Made by a program: the position numbers and the translations under genes
In this document: one piece after another, positions 8,697 to 16,746 of the stretch
How positions within the stretch are numbered: position 1 is the first letter of the stretch
Layout of the letters: every line of letters starts with the position of its first letter
IMG/VR virus record: IMGVR_UViG_3300025645_000240
Location: 1-33,612 of that record
Direction: 5' to 3' (one strand)
Origin: a virus
Taxonomy: Duplodnaviria; Caudoviricetes
Length of the DNA: 33,612 bases
Notes under the pieces: generated by a model
The model's input: only the letters and a program-made list of their open reading frames with translations
Databases searched by the model: none
What the model was told of the DNA's origin: nothing

Positions 8697-8816
8697 ATGG
8701 CAATCACCCTCAACGACGTTCCTCCCCCTCGCCGCTGCTACGGCTGCGGCATTCGCATCGCAGACCTGCTCTTCTATTGCTGCAAGTGCGGCGATGCCCT
8801 CGACGACCAAGACTAA
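8697..8816 (+). CDS. Small Cys4 zinc-ribbon protein (39 aa), leaderless
   Basis: Not in the track. MAITLNDVPPPRRCYGCGIRIADLLFYCCKCGDALDDQD*. Confidence 0.7.
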   Translation: MAITLNDVPPPRRCYGCGIRIADLLFYCCKCGDALDDQD

Positions 8817-8826
8817 CCGAAGACCC

Positions 8827-9021
8827 ATGACTGACCTCAAAGATTTGATCAAGGCACACAAGGCAGCGTTCGAGGCTCTCGACGCTTTTGACTCTGCCTT
8901 TGGCCGCAAGTTCCAGATGCGCGGCCTGGAGGTGTGCGATGAGTTCATCGCAGCTTACGACGCACTTGATCGAGTGATGATCCGAGCCAAACAACTGAAC
9001 AACGAGCAGGAGAGCAACTAA
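8827..9021 (+). CDS. Hypothetical early protein (64 aa)
   Basis: C-terminal part of track ORF 8539..9021. ATG 8827 (MTDLKDLIKAH...) avoids overlap with P2 and two other ORFs. Confidence 0.7.
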   Translation: MTDLKDLIKAHKAAFEALDAFDSAFGRKFQMRGLEVCDEFIAAYDALDRVMIRAKQLNNEQESN

Positions 9022-9191
9022 TGGAAATTAATCACGAGACGATGTTGCAGATCTGCGAGCTGGCGCGCATCGCGCTGAGGAGTGACGTGCAATACACCTA
9101 CACGCAGCAACCTGCCCGAGGGCTTCTCGGTCTCACCGACGAAGAGATTAAAAACGTCACCGAATCACTAAACCAAATTATTGAGGACTAG
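9021..9191 (+). CDS. Hypothetical early protein (56 aa)
   Basis: Not in the track. TAATG coupling and GGAG SD; MEINHETMLQICELARIAL...LNQIIED*. Confidence 0.7.
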   Translation: MEINHETMLQICELARIALRSDVQYTYTQQPARGLLGLTDEEIKNVTESLNQIIED

Positions 9192-9195
9192 CCAG

Positions 9196-9480
9196 ATGAT
9201 GCACACTGGAGAAGGATTTGAGTTTGAGACCACCGATGTCAGCGACAGCGACGAGCGTGGCTTCCATTTTGGCTTTGAGATTGACTCGGTCACGATTATT
9301 GATCGGCAGAAGGTTATCGATTCGATTGGCTACGTGGCGGCAATGTTGTTTGCTCGCGATCCAGAGCAATGGATCGCAGACAACTTGGCTGACGAGGTTC
9401 TGAGCGACTACGAAAGCGAAGAGCCTGACTACTCGCACCTCGATCAAGACGCTGACTTCTGCGCGGGGGCATGGCGATGA
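9196..9480 (+). CDS. Highly acidic small protein (94 aa)
   Basis: ATG 9196 after GAGG; about 24 D/E versus 5 K/R by manual count; stop overlaps the helicase start. Confidence 0.75.
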   Translation: MMHTGEGFEFETTDVSDSDERGFHFGFEIDSVTIIDRQKVIDSIGYVAAMLFARDPEQWIADNLADEVLSDYESEEPDYSHLDQDADFCAGAWR

Positions 9481-11132
9481 AACTCAGAGATTACCAGCGT
9501 GCCGCGATCGACGGCATCTACACCTACTTCGAGAAGCACACCGGCAACCCGCTTGTCGTTGTGCCGACCGGCGGCGGCAAAAGCGTGATAGCAGCTCAGT
9601 TCATCCGTGAGGTCTGCGAGACATGGAAGGACGAGCGTGTGTTGGTGGTGACGCATGTCCGCGAGCTAATCTCGCAGAACCATGCAGCCCTGCTGCGGTG
9701 CTGGCCTGACGCACCAGCAGGCGTGAACAGTGCTGGCCTTGGTCGTCGTGACACGCGGGATCGCATCCTGTTTGCTGGCGTGCAATCGATCTATAAGTAT
9801 GCGGCTTCGCTCGGCTCCATCGACATCATCATCGTGGATGAGGCGCACTTGATCCCACCGAAGGGTGTCGGCATGTATCAGCAATTGCTTGCCAGCATGC
9901 GCGAGATCAATCCAAAGGTGCGTATGGTTGGCCTCACCGCCACACCATTCCGAACCGACACCGGCTCGCTCGATGCGGGCAAGGGCCGCCTGTTTGATGG
10001 CATCGCTTACCAGTGCGACATCCCGCAGATGATCACCGATGGCTGGCTCTCGCCGGTCACCAATCGTGGCGTGAAGGCTGAGATCGACACCACCAAAGTG
10101 AAGTCGAGAGCTGGCGAGTATCGTCGCGATGAGCTGGAGGCAGTAGCCACAACCGGCGACTTGGTTTCGCGCTCCATCGATGAGCTGATGGATCGCAGTG
10201 CCGACCGCAAGAGCTGGCTGATCTTTGCGTGTGGCGTAGAGCATGCGAACCAGATCAGCGATGAGCTAACGCGGCGAGCAGTGATCAACGCATGCGTGTT
10301 TGGCGACACCCCGATGGATGATCGCGATGATCGCATCGAAGCATTCAAGCGAGGCGAGATCACTGCGATGATCAACGTCGGCGTATTGACCACCGGCTTC
10401 GATGCGCCACAGACCGACTTGATCGCGCTGATGCGCCCGACGCAAAGTGCTGGCCTCTACGTGCAGATGGTTGGCCGTGGCTTGCGTATCGCCGAGGGCA
10501 AGAAGGATTGCTTGATCCTCGACTTCGGCGGCAACGTGCAGAGGCATGGCCCGATCAATGAGGTCAAGCCTCGCCAGCCCGGTGAAGCTGTTGGCGATGC
10601 GCCAATGAAGAAGTGCCCGCAGTGCATGGCGTTGGTCTACACGGCCACCACCATTTGCGCTGGTTGCGGATACGAATGGGAGATGATGTCGAGCGCGGCA
10701 AACCATGACATCGACCCCGATGAGATCAGCACGCTCATTGCTAACGGTAAGCAATACGAGAACTGGCCGATCAGCTTTGTGGAGTTCACCCCACACGACA
10801 AGCCGGGTAAGCCGCCGTCAATGCGTGTCACATACGTGTGCGGACAGATCGTGCAAAAGCGAGTGAGTGAATGGGTGTGCTTTTCTCATGGTGGATTTGC
10901 CGCGAAGAAGGCGGCACAGTGGTGGGTCTCTCGCGGCGGCAACATGCCGATCCCTGCCACCACCCGCGATGCAATCGTTCGCATCAACATCGAGGATGAG
11001 CCAATCAAGTATCCGGTCAGCCTGACCATGGACGTGTCAGGTCGATGGCCGCAGATCAAGAGCGTGAACTTTGAAGACGCGCAGCCGGAGACAGCCAAAG
11101 ATGACATTGATTACGGGGACATTCCATTCTGA
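9471..11132 (+). CDS. SF2 DEAH helicase, RadD/YejH-like, with Zn finger
   Basis: LRDYQ Q-motif, PTGGGKS, IIVDEAH, LTATP, LTTGFDAP, QMVGRGLR, CPQC/CAGC. Start may be 9477. Confidence 0.95.
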   Translation: MAMKLRDYQRAAIDGIYTYFEKHTGNPLVVVPTGGGKSVIAAQFIREVCETWKDERVLVVTHVRELISQNHAALLRCWPDAPAGVNSAGLGRRDTRDRILFAGVQSIYKYAASLGSIDIIIVDEAHLIPPKGVGMYQQLLASMREINPKVRMVGLTATPFRTDTGSLDAGKGRLFDGIAYQCDIPQMITDGWLSPVTNRGVKAEIDTTKVKSRAGEYRRDELEAVATTGDLVSRSIDELMDRSADRKSWLIFACGVEHANQISDELTRRAVINACVFGDTPMDDRDDRIEAFKRGEITAMINVGVLTTGFDAPQTDLIALMRPTQSAGLYVQMVGRGLRIAEGKKDCLILDFGGNVQRHGPINEVKPRQPGEAVGDAPMKKCPQCMALVYTATTICAGCGYEWEMMSSAANHDIDPDEISTLIANGKQYENWPISFVEFTPHDKPGKPPSMRVTYVCGQIVQKRVSEWVCFSHGGFAAKKAAQWWVSRGGNMPIPATTRDAIVRINIEDEPIKYPVSLTMDVSGRWPQIKSVNFEDAQPETAKDDIDYGDIPF

Positions 11133-13189
11133 TGCCTACCACTGCTCTCGACTCTGCCCTTGCCTACGCTGATCGCGGATGGTTCGTGTTCCCGGTATCG
11201 CCTGCGCCAAACAAACGGCCCGTGTGCGCTGGCGGCTTCCACTCGGCCACCACTGATCATTCGCAGATTGTCGAATGGTGGACGGCCACGCCATCGGCGC
11301 AGGTCGGTGTTGCTTGCGGCGCAAGCGGCATCGTGTCTGTGGACCTGGACGAAAAGCCCAGCGAAGGAATCAGCGGCATCGCATCATTGGCCGAGCTAGG
11401 CTCTTCGCCGGAAGAGTGCGCGCTTCTGATGGGCACGCCACGCAACGATGGTCGCCAACTCATCTATGCATATGCTGACGCGACCCGCAAGATTGGCGTG
11501 CGTCCTGGCATCGACATCCTCGGCGACGGCGGCTACACAATCGTGCCTTCACCCAGCTCTCCTGGTAGGACTTGGCTGATCGGTGACCCTTGGGAACCTG
11601 ACGATCTAGAGGCTGCGCCTGCTTGGGTTGTTGAGCTGCTCGGCATCAAGAAACCAGAAAGCCCTGGCCCCACTAGCGCGCAAGTAAGCCCTCTCGAATC
11701 GGATGTCGTGGAAGACATTCGCGCTGCCCTCGCCACCATTCCAAATGATGATAGAGACATTTGGATTCGCGTTGGGATGTCGCTCAAATCTACAGCAGCA
11801 GGCGAGCAGGCATACGCGCTATGGGACGAGTGGGCAAAGGCTACACCGACCGGTGCTGTGCATTCCAAATACAATTCGCATGAACAACGATACCAATGGC
11901 AGCGACTCAAGATCCGACAAAGCAACGGCGGCGAGGTGTCAATCTCGTCGTTGTTCTACCTCGCGCAGGAGCATGGCTACATCGGGCCTGCTCATGATGC
12001 TGTCGCGGAGATCAGCACGGGTGCGATTGAGCCGGACAAGCCAGATGATATTGATGCTCCGCTTTTGGAGCGCGCAAGCATCAACTTATTGGATTGGGAA
12101 GATGTCGCAGACCTACCGCCGATTGAGTGGCAGATCGAAGGGATGATCCCGCGCCAATCGCTAACCGTGTTGGCTGGCGATACCGAGGCTGGCAAGAGCT
12201 TTGCCTTGATCGACCTCGCGATGCGGATGGTGCATGGTTTGCCGTTTGCGGGGATGAACGTCGAAGCAGGCTCAGTGCTTTACCTTGCTGGCGAAGGCCA
12301 GTCTGGGATGGCCGCGCGCTTCCGTGCATGGAAGCAACACCACAAGCATCTTGGTCTGAATGCTGAGGATCGATACTGCGTAGTGAGCAGCGAGATCCCA
12401 GTGTTGAGCAAGCGCACGATGACCACCCTTCACGAGCTAGTGAAGTCGGTCGCGAAGTGGAAGGGGCACCCGCCTGCGATGATCATCATCGACACCCTGA
12501 GTCAAGGTCTCGAAGAGGATGAGAACGAAGCCAAGGTTGTCAGCCCAATCGTGCGCGGCCTGATGGCTCTGAGATCGCGCTGGGAGGCTTCGATCACTGT
12601 TGCCCACCACCTTGTCAAGATGCAGGCCAAGGGGCGCAGGAGAGGCGAGGCAGCCCCCCAGGCCACGCGAGATTCTATCCGTGGTTCGTCGGCACTCACG
12701 CGCAACGTGGACACGGTGCTTGGCCTCACGACCGAGAACGATGAGCGCACGTTGCAGGTATGGAAGCAGAAAGATGGCAGCAAGATCGACCCGGTCACGA
12801 TGTGGCTGGTGCCGGTGCCGACAGGCACAACTCGATCCGGCGGCAAGGACGAGTGGAGTTGCATCATGGTGCCAGATGCCTGCAAGGGCTTGCTGACTCA
12901 GCCGCCTAGCGATGATGCGCCAGCCACCACGCCGTCTGTGGATCCGACAGCTCCTAACGACTTCGCGATCCGGCAACACGAGGATGCGATTGAGCAGGTC
13001 GTGGCAACCCTGCTAAGGATGGACGCGGTGCCCGGTGGCAAGGGCGGGATGAGCGGCAACGAGATCTACGCAGCCTGCGGCATCCGCAAGACTATTGTGC
13101 TAGCCGCGATTAAGGGCGCAGCCCGTGACGGCAAGATCGCCAACGAAGGCAACTCCAAGACCCCTAGCTGGGTAGTGATGCCTTTTTGA
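11132..13189 (+). CDS. Primase-polymerase / PriCT-2 / RepA-like AAA_25 helicase fusion
   Basis: N-terminal ALAYADRGWFVFPV...SVDLD (Prim-Pol); DIWIRVGMSLK...WDEW...SLFYLA (PriCT-2); GDTEAGKS, YLAGEG, IIIDT, AHH, RGSSAL (AAA_25). Confidence 0.92.
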   Translation: MPTTALDSALAYADRGWFVFPVSPAPNKRPVCAGGFHSATTDHSQIVEWWTATPSAQVGVACGASGIVSVDLDEKPSEGISGIASLAELGSSPEECALLMGTPRNDGRQLIYAYADATRKIGVRPGIDILGDGGYTIVPSPSSPGRTWLIGDPWEPDDLEAAPAWVVELLGIKKPESPGPTSAQVSPLESDVVEDIRAALATIPNDDRDIWIRVGMSLKSTAAGEQAYALWDEWAKATPTGAVHSKYNSHEQRYQWQRLKIRQSNGGEVSISSLFYLAQEHGYIGPAHDAVAEISTGAIEPDKPDDIDAPLLERASINLLDWEDVADLPPIEWQIEGMIPRQSLTVLAGDTEAGKSFALIDLAMRMVHGLPFAGMNVEAGSVLYLAGEGQSGMAARFRAWKQHHKHLGLNAEDRYCVVSSEIPVLSKRTMTTLHELVKSVAKWKGHPPAMIIIDTLSQGLEEDENEAKVVSPIVRGLMALRSRWEASITVAHHLVKMQAKGRRRGEAAPQATRDSIRGSSALTRNVDTVLGLTTENDERTLQVWKQKDGSKIDPVTMWLVPVPTGTTRSGGKDEWSCIMVPDACKGLLTQPPSDDAPATTPSVDPTAPNDFAIRQHEDAIEQVVATLLRMDAVPGGKGGMSGNEIYAACGIRKTIVLAAIKGAARDGKIANEGNSKTPSWVVMPF

Positions 13190-13207
13190 TAAAAATAGAG
13201 ACCAAGG

Positions 13208-13244
13208 GCTTGTTTCGAGTGGAACAGGTCGATACCTTGGGCGG
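13208..13244 (+). promoter_or_regulatory. Promoter P3 with operator
   Basis: -35 TTGTTT (13210), 17-nt spacer, -10 TACCTT (13233); operator TGTTTC-GAGT-GGAACA at 13211-13226; AT-rich tract upstream. Confidence 0.7.
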
Positions 13245-13320
13245 GCAAGCGAAGGCGTTCCCGAAAGCACCTGACCCGTGTGGATGACACCCCTGGCGAA
13301 AGCCAGTGCCTCCCGCTTGC
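13245..13320 (+). ncRNA. Candidate structured RNA / leader, family unrecognised
   Basis: GCAAGCG (13245) pairs with CGCTTGC (13314-13320); internal CTGGC-GAAA-GCCAG hairpin and GTGT/ACAC hairpin; begins exactly at the predicted +1 of P3. Confidence 0.55.
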
Positions 13321-13353
13321 ACTTAGGCAATTTCGCCGAACACGAGACGAGTC

Positions 13354-13566
13354 ATGAACAACACAATTATCTGCGAACTATGCTGCGTCCCGATCGAGGG
13401 CGCAGAGGTCAGTAGCACCGCGCAGGGTTGCTGCGTGGACTGCGGCATCCAGGTCGCCGCTGACCTTCAGCGTTGCCGCGAAGAGCCAGCCTACCCCACA
13501 CTCTACCCCGCGATCGGATCGCGTGGGTGGAGGCGGCTGCAATCGTCGGAGGGTAGCCACCGATGA
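13354..13566 (+). CDS. Small Cys-rich zinc-finger protein (70 aa)
   Basis: CELCC...CCVDC; ATGA coupling to the next gene. Confidence 0.65.
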   Translation: MNNTIICELCCVPIEGAEVSSTAQGCCVDCGIQVAADLQRCREEPAYPTLYPAIGSRGWRRLQSSEGSHR

Positions 13567-14330
13567 GCAACACACACACAGTTTTCGTCAAGGGTCAGCC
13601 GGTCGAGTTCAAGTCTGCTTTCAATTCACTTGCTGAGGCATACCGCGCCCTGGCAAAGGTTGGCGAGAGCAACCCGTTTGCGAGCGACTTGATGGCCGCC
13701 GCACGCCGCCGCCGCTTGTCGCCGACGCAGGCATCGTGGATCCACAAGCTGGCAACTGATCGTGCCGCGCCTGCAAAGCTAGGCGGCCTCGCGCCTGTGA
13801 TAGAGATGTTGCAGAAAGCGAAGGCTGCTCAGAAGCGTTTGCCTCGCATCGAGCTGTCAGCCACCGACGATGACGGCCAATCTCAGCGCGTAGTGATCAA
13901 GCTTCGCAAAAGCACGGCCTACGTCGGCGGCGCATCTGTCACCGATGGCGGCCCATACGGCGACAACCTGCTGTTCGGGTTCATCAGCGAGAGCGGCGAA
14001 TACCGCCCGATGCGCGACAACAGCGCAGAGGTGGAGACCTTGCTGTGCGAGCTGGCTGCCGACCCCGCGAAGGTCGCAGGTCAACACGGCGTGGCGACCG
14101 GCAACTGCTCATTCTGCGCGCGCTTACTTAGCGACAAGCGGTCGCGCTTTGTTGGCTACGGCCCAACCTGCGCCGACAAGTTTGGCTTGCCCTGGGGCGA
14201 GGTTGCAGAGGATGTGCAGCCTGCGGCTGCGCGCCCTGCCGTGTGGCAAGACTGCGAGGCATGCGATGAGCATGATCAGGAAGTCGATTGCCCTGCATGC
14301 CATGGCGACACCATGGTGGGGGGCGAATGA
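13563..14330 (+). CDS. DUF6011-like zinc-finger protein
   Basis: TGNCSFCARLLSDKRSRFVGYGPTCA motif, plus an extra C-terminal CEAC...CPAC. Confidence 0.8.
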   Translation: MSNTHTVFVKGQPVEFKSAFNSLAEAYRALAKVGESNPFASDLMAAARRRRLSPTQASWIHKLATDRAAPAKLGGLAPVIEMLQKAKAAQKRLPRIELSATDDDGQSQRVVIKLRKSTAYVGGASVTDGGPYGDNLLFGFISESGEYRPMRDNSAEVETLLCELAADPAKVAGQHGVATGNCSFCARLLSDKRSRFVGYGPTCADKFGLPWGEVAEDVQPAAARPAVWQDCEACDEHDQEVDCPACHGDTMVGGE

Positions 14331-14458
14331 TGCCTCCACCAATCAAGGGCGGTCAAGGCCGAGAACCGGAAGACGTGATCGATAGCAGCATCGCAATCGG
14401 GGTGGTGATCGTGTCACTCGTTTTGTGGGCCATCATTTTGTGGGCTATTTATTATTAG
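14327..14458 (+). CDS. Small single-pass membrane protein (43 aa)
   Basis: Not in the track. ATGA coupling; MMPPPIKGGQGREPEDVIDSSIAIGVVIVSLVLWAIILWAIYY*. Confidence 0.65.
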   Translation: MMPPPIKGGQGREPEDVIDSSIAIGVVIVSLVLWAIILWAIYY

Positions 14459-14467
14459 CCCTCTTTT

Positions 14468-14521
14468 GCTACGTCGGCAGAGGATTAGGCGACTCTGTCG
14501 GCGTGGCGTTTTCGTTTGTTT
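14468..14521 (+). terminator. Intrinsic terminator-like hairpin
   Basis: 15-bp stem GCTACGTCGGCAGAG/CTCTGTCGGCGTGGC with 3 G-U pairs (favouring the + strand), 10-nt loop, followed by GTTTTCGTTTGTTT. Confidence 0.65.
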
Positions 14522-14530
14522 AGAACTGAT

Positions 14531-15265
14531 ATGTTCGATCTACAATCAATCAAGAGAAGCACACAGCTTCCACCGCGCGTCGTAATCTACGGCGTGCCGG
14601 GTATCGGCAAGACAACCTTTGCCGCCAAGATGCCTGCCCCTATTTTCTTACCTGTCGAAGACGGGCTAGGCCAACTGGAGGTAGACACCTTCCCACGGCC
14701 TACCAGCTACGGCGAAGTGTTGCGCGCGATCACTACTCTTCTGGAGGAGGATCACAACTACAAGACCTTGGTGATCGACAGCCTCGATAAGCTTGAGCCA
14801 ATGATCTGGGATCACGTTTGCGAGAACGTGTCGAGTGATCGTGGAGCCAAGGTAGAGCGCATCGAGCAATACGGATACGGCAAGGGCTACACTCACGCAT
14901 TGAGCGAGTGGCGGCGAATGCTGCGCGGCCTGGACCTGTTGCGCGAAAATGGCGTTGGCATTGCGTGCATCGCGCATAGCACTGTCGTGCGGTTTGAATC
15001 GCCTGACACCGACGCATACGAGCGTTACCAGTTGCGTTTGCACAAGGGTGCCGATGCAACGATCTGCGACTGGGCCGACGCGGTCCTGTTCGCCAACTAC
15101 AAGGTGGCAGTAGTCGAGTCAGCCACCGGCAAGAAGCGTGGCATAGGCAAAGGCGAGCGCATGCTGCACACGCAAGAGAGGCCCGCTTTTCGGGCCAAGA
15201 ATCGGTATTCGATGCCGGACCAAATCTCAATGGATTGGGATGAGGTCGCTACTTTTATCTGCTAA
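14531..15265 (+). CDS. sak4: Sak4-like recombinase/annealase (AAA_24)
   Basis: IYGVPGIGKTT, LVIDSLD, GYGKGY, IAHS, WADAVLFA, AKNRY. ATG 14531 preferred over TTG 14516. Confidence 0.9.
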   Translation: MFDLQSIKRSTQLPPRVVIYGVPGIGKTTFAAKMPAPIFLPVEDGLGQLEVDTFPRPTSYGEVLRAITTLLEEDHNYKTLVIDSLDKLEPMIWDHVCENVSSDRGAKVERIEQYGYGKGYTHALSEWRRMLRGLDLLRENGVGIACIAHSTVVRFESPDTDAYERYQLRLHKGADATICDWADAVLFANYKVAVVESATGKKRGIGKGERMLHTQERPAFRAKNRYSMPDQISMDWDEVATFIC

Positions 15266-15283
15266 CCAATAGGAAGAATCACG

Positions 15284-15766
15284 ATGGGTAACCTTAATTT
15301 TGACGCGAGCGAAGTAGCTCCGATGTCCGACAGTTTTGAGCCGCTCCCCGCTGGTTGGTATCAGATGCGCGTCATTGGCGCAGAGATGTATACCGGTCAG
15401 TCGGCTGATGCCGGTGAGATGCTGAAGCTTCAGCTTGAGATCGATGCGGAAGAGCATCTGAAATACAGCGGTCGCCAAGTCTTTTCGTATCTGTGCATCA
15501 ACCACCAGAAGGCCACGGTTCGCAACATCGCGCGCCGTCAACTATCATCAATTGCACACGCGCTAGGCGTGAAATCGATTGATGACACAAACGAGCTGTT
15601 GGGTCAGCCGTTGCTAACAAAGCTAAAGGTGCGTCCGGCAGCCAACGGCTACGACGCATCAAACGATGTGTCTGGGTATGCTGCCGTGGGCAGTAACCAG
15701 CCAGCTCCAAAGGCTCCAGCAAAGGAAGAGCCTATTGACGGACCTGCCAAGCGAGCCTGGAAATAG
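15284..15766 (+). CDS. DUF669-family single-stranded DNA-binding protein
   Basis: FEPLPAGWY...MLKLQLEI...YSGRQVF...SNDVSGY; usual partner gene downstream of Sak4. Confidence 0.85.
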   Translation: MGNLNFDASEVAPMSDSFEPLPAGWYQMRVIGAEMYTGQSADAGEMLKLQLEIDAEEHLKYSGRQVFSYLCINHQKATVRNIARRQLSSIAHALGVKSIDDTNELLGQPLLTKLKVRPAANGYDASNDVSGYAAVGSNQPAPKAPAKEEPIDGPAKRAWK

Positions 15767-16737
15767 TGGCTAGCATACGGAAGGAAAGATCGGCAGATGT
15801 TGCGGAGAGCGTTCACGCGATGTTCCGCGACGGTGACGATGCCAAAAACTGGCGGCGCGACCATCTAGGTGCGTCGATCCTGGGCCATCGCTGCGACCGG
15901 TATCTGTGGAACAGCTTCCGTTGGGTTGCTGACCCTAAACATGAAGGCCGACTCCTGCGCCTGTTCGAACGCGGACAGCGCGAGGAAGAGTGGCTCATCG
16001 AAGACATGGAGAATACCGGCGAGTGGAAGGTCCAGTCAAGGGCCGAGGATGGCGAGCAGATCCGCGTCAGGGAGGGCCACATCGGTGGCTCGCTCGACGG
16101 CATAGTGAGCGGCTTGCCTGAATCGCCAGACGAAGACCATGTCTTGGAGATCAAGACCAGCAACCTCAAGCAGTGGGAGAAGCTCCGCGACAAGGGGGTC
16201 AGGTCATCCAAGCCGATCCACTACGTGCAGATGCAAATCTACATGAACAAGATGGGCCTCGCTCACGCGCTCTACGTTTGCGTGTGCAAGGACAACGACG
16301 AGATCTACTCAGAACGCGTGCCATACTCTGAGAAGACAGCAGAGAAGCACCTGGAGCGCGCTAGGGCTGCTGTGGCTGCTGGCTCACCTCCTGAGAAGAT
16401 GGATGCGGCAGCTTCACCATGCGTGTTGGTGAGCCGGGAAGGCAAGCGTTGGCCGTGCCAGTATTTCGAGGTCTGCCACGGCAAGCAAATGCCAGAGCGG
16501 AACTGCCGGACCTGCATCTGCTCTACGCCAGAAACGACCGATGAAGGCGACCCGATTTGGACATGCGGACTAGATACCGAGTCTCCGTTTCAGATATCTG
16601 CTGAGAAGCAGCGGGAAGGGTGTTACTCCCAAGTCACCATTCCCACCGCAGTCAACGCGGACATTTCTTACGTGAGCTTGGAAAAGCGGATTGTCACATA
16701 CCAGTTTGCTGATGGCGAACAGGTGACACAAAGGTAA
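15766..16737 (+). CDS. Cas4-like PD-(D/E)XK exonuclease
   Basis: HLGASILGHRCDR, GSLDG, LEIKT, HYVQMQIYM and C-terminal Cys cluster (C..CQYFEVC..CRTC). Confidence 0.88.
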   Translation: MASIRKERSADVAESVHAMFRDGDDAKNWRRDHLGASILGHRCDRYLWNSFRWVADPKHEGRLLRLFERGQREEEWLIEDMENTGEWKVQSRAEDGEQIRVREGHIGGSLDGIVSGLPESPDEDHVLEIKTSNLKQWEKLRDKGVRSSKPIHYVQMQIYMNKMGLAHALYVCVCKDNDEIYSERVPYSEKTAEKHLERARAAVAAGSPPEKMDAAASPCVLVSREGKRWPCQYFEVCHGKQMPERNCRTCICSTPETTDEGDPIWTCGLDTESPFQISAEKQREGCYSQVTIPTAVNADISYVSLEKRIVTYQFADGEQVTQR

Positions 16738-16746
16738 GATGGTTTC
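16731..16746 (+). promoter_or_regulatory. Putative -10 element for leaderless HTH transcript
   Basis: AAGG-TAAGAT-N6-ATG(16747). The TAA doubles as the upstream stop codon and no clear -35 is present. Confidence 0.4.

Noticed and set aside
8539-8826. N-terminal extension of track ORF 8539..9021
   Set aside because: Overlaps the 8465 ORF, promoter P2 and the 8697 ORF; ATG 8827 is more plausible.
13260-13306. Hammerhead ribozyme or TPP riboswitch (GATGA...GAAA; CCCG...ACCTGA)
   Set aside because: No CUGANGA core with a paired stem II, and no UGAGA motif of TPP.
13245-13321. tRNA (7-bp terminal stem, ~77 nt)
   Set aside because: No TTCRA T-loop, no canonical D or anticodon arms, no CCA; kept only as an unknown structured RNA.
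15766-16737. CRISPR-Cas system suggested by the Cas4-like nuclease
   Set aside because: No repeat-spacer array or other cas genes; this is the usual phage Sak4-SSB-exonuclease module.
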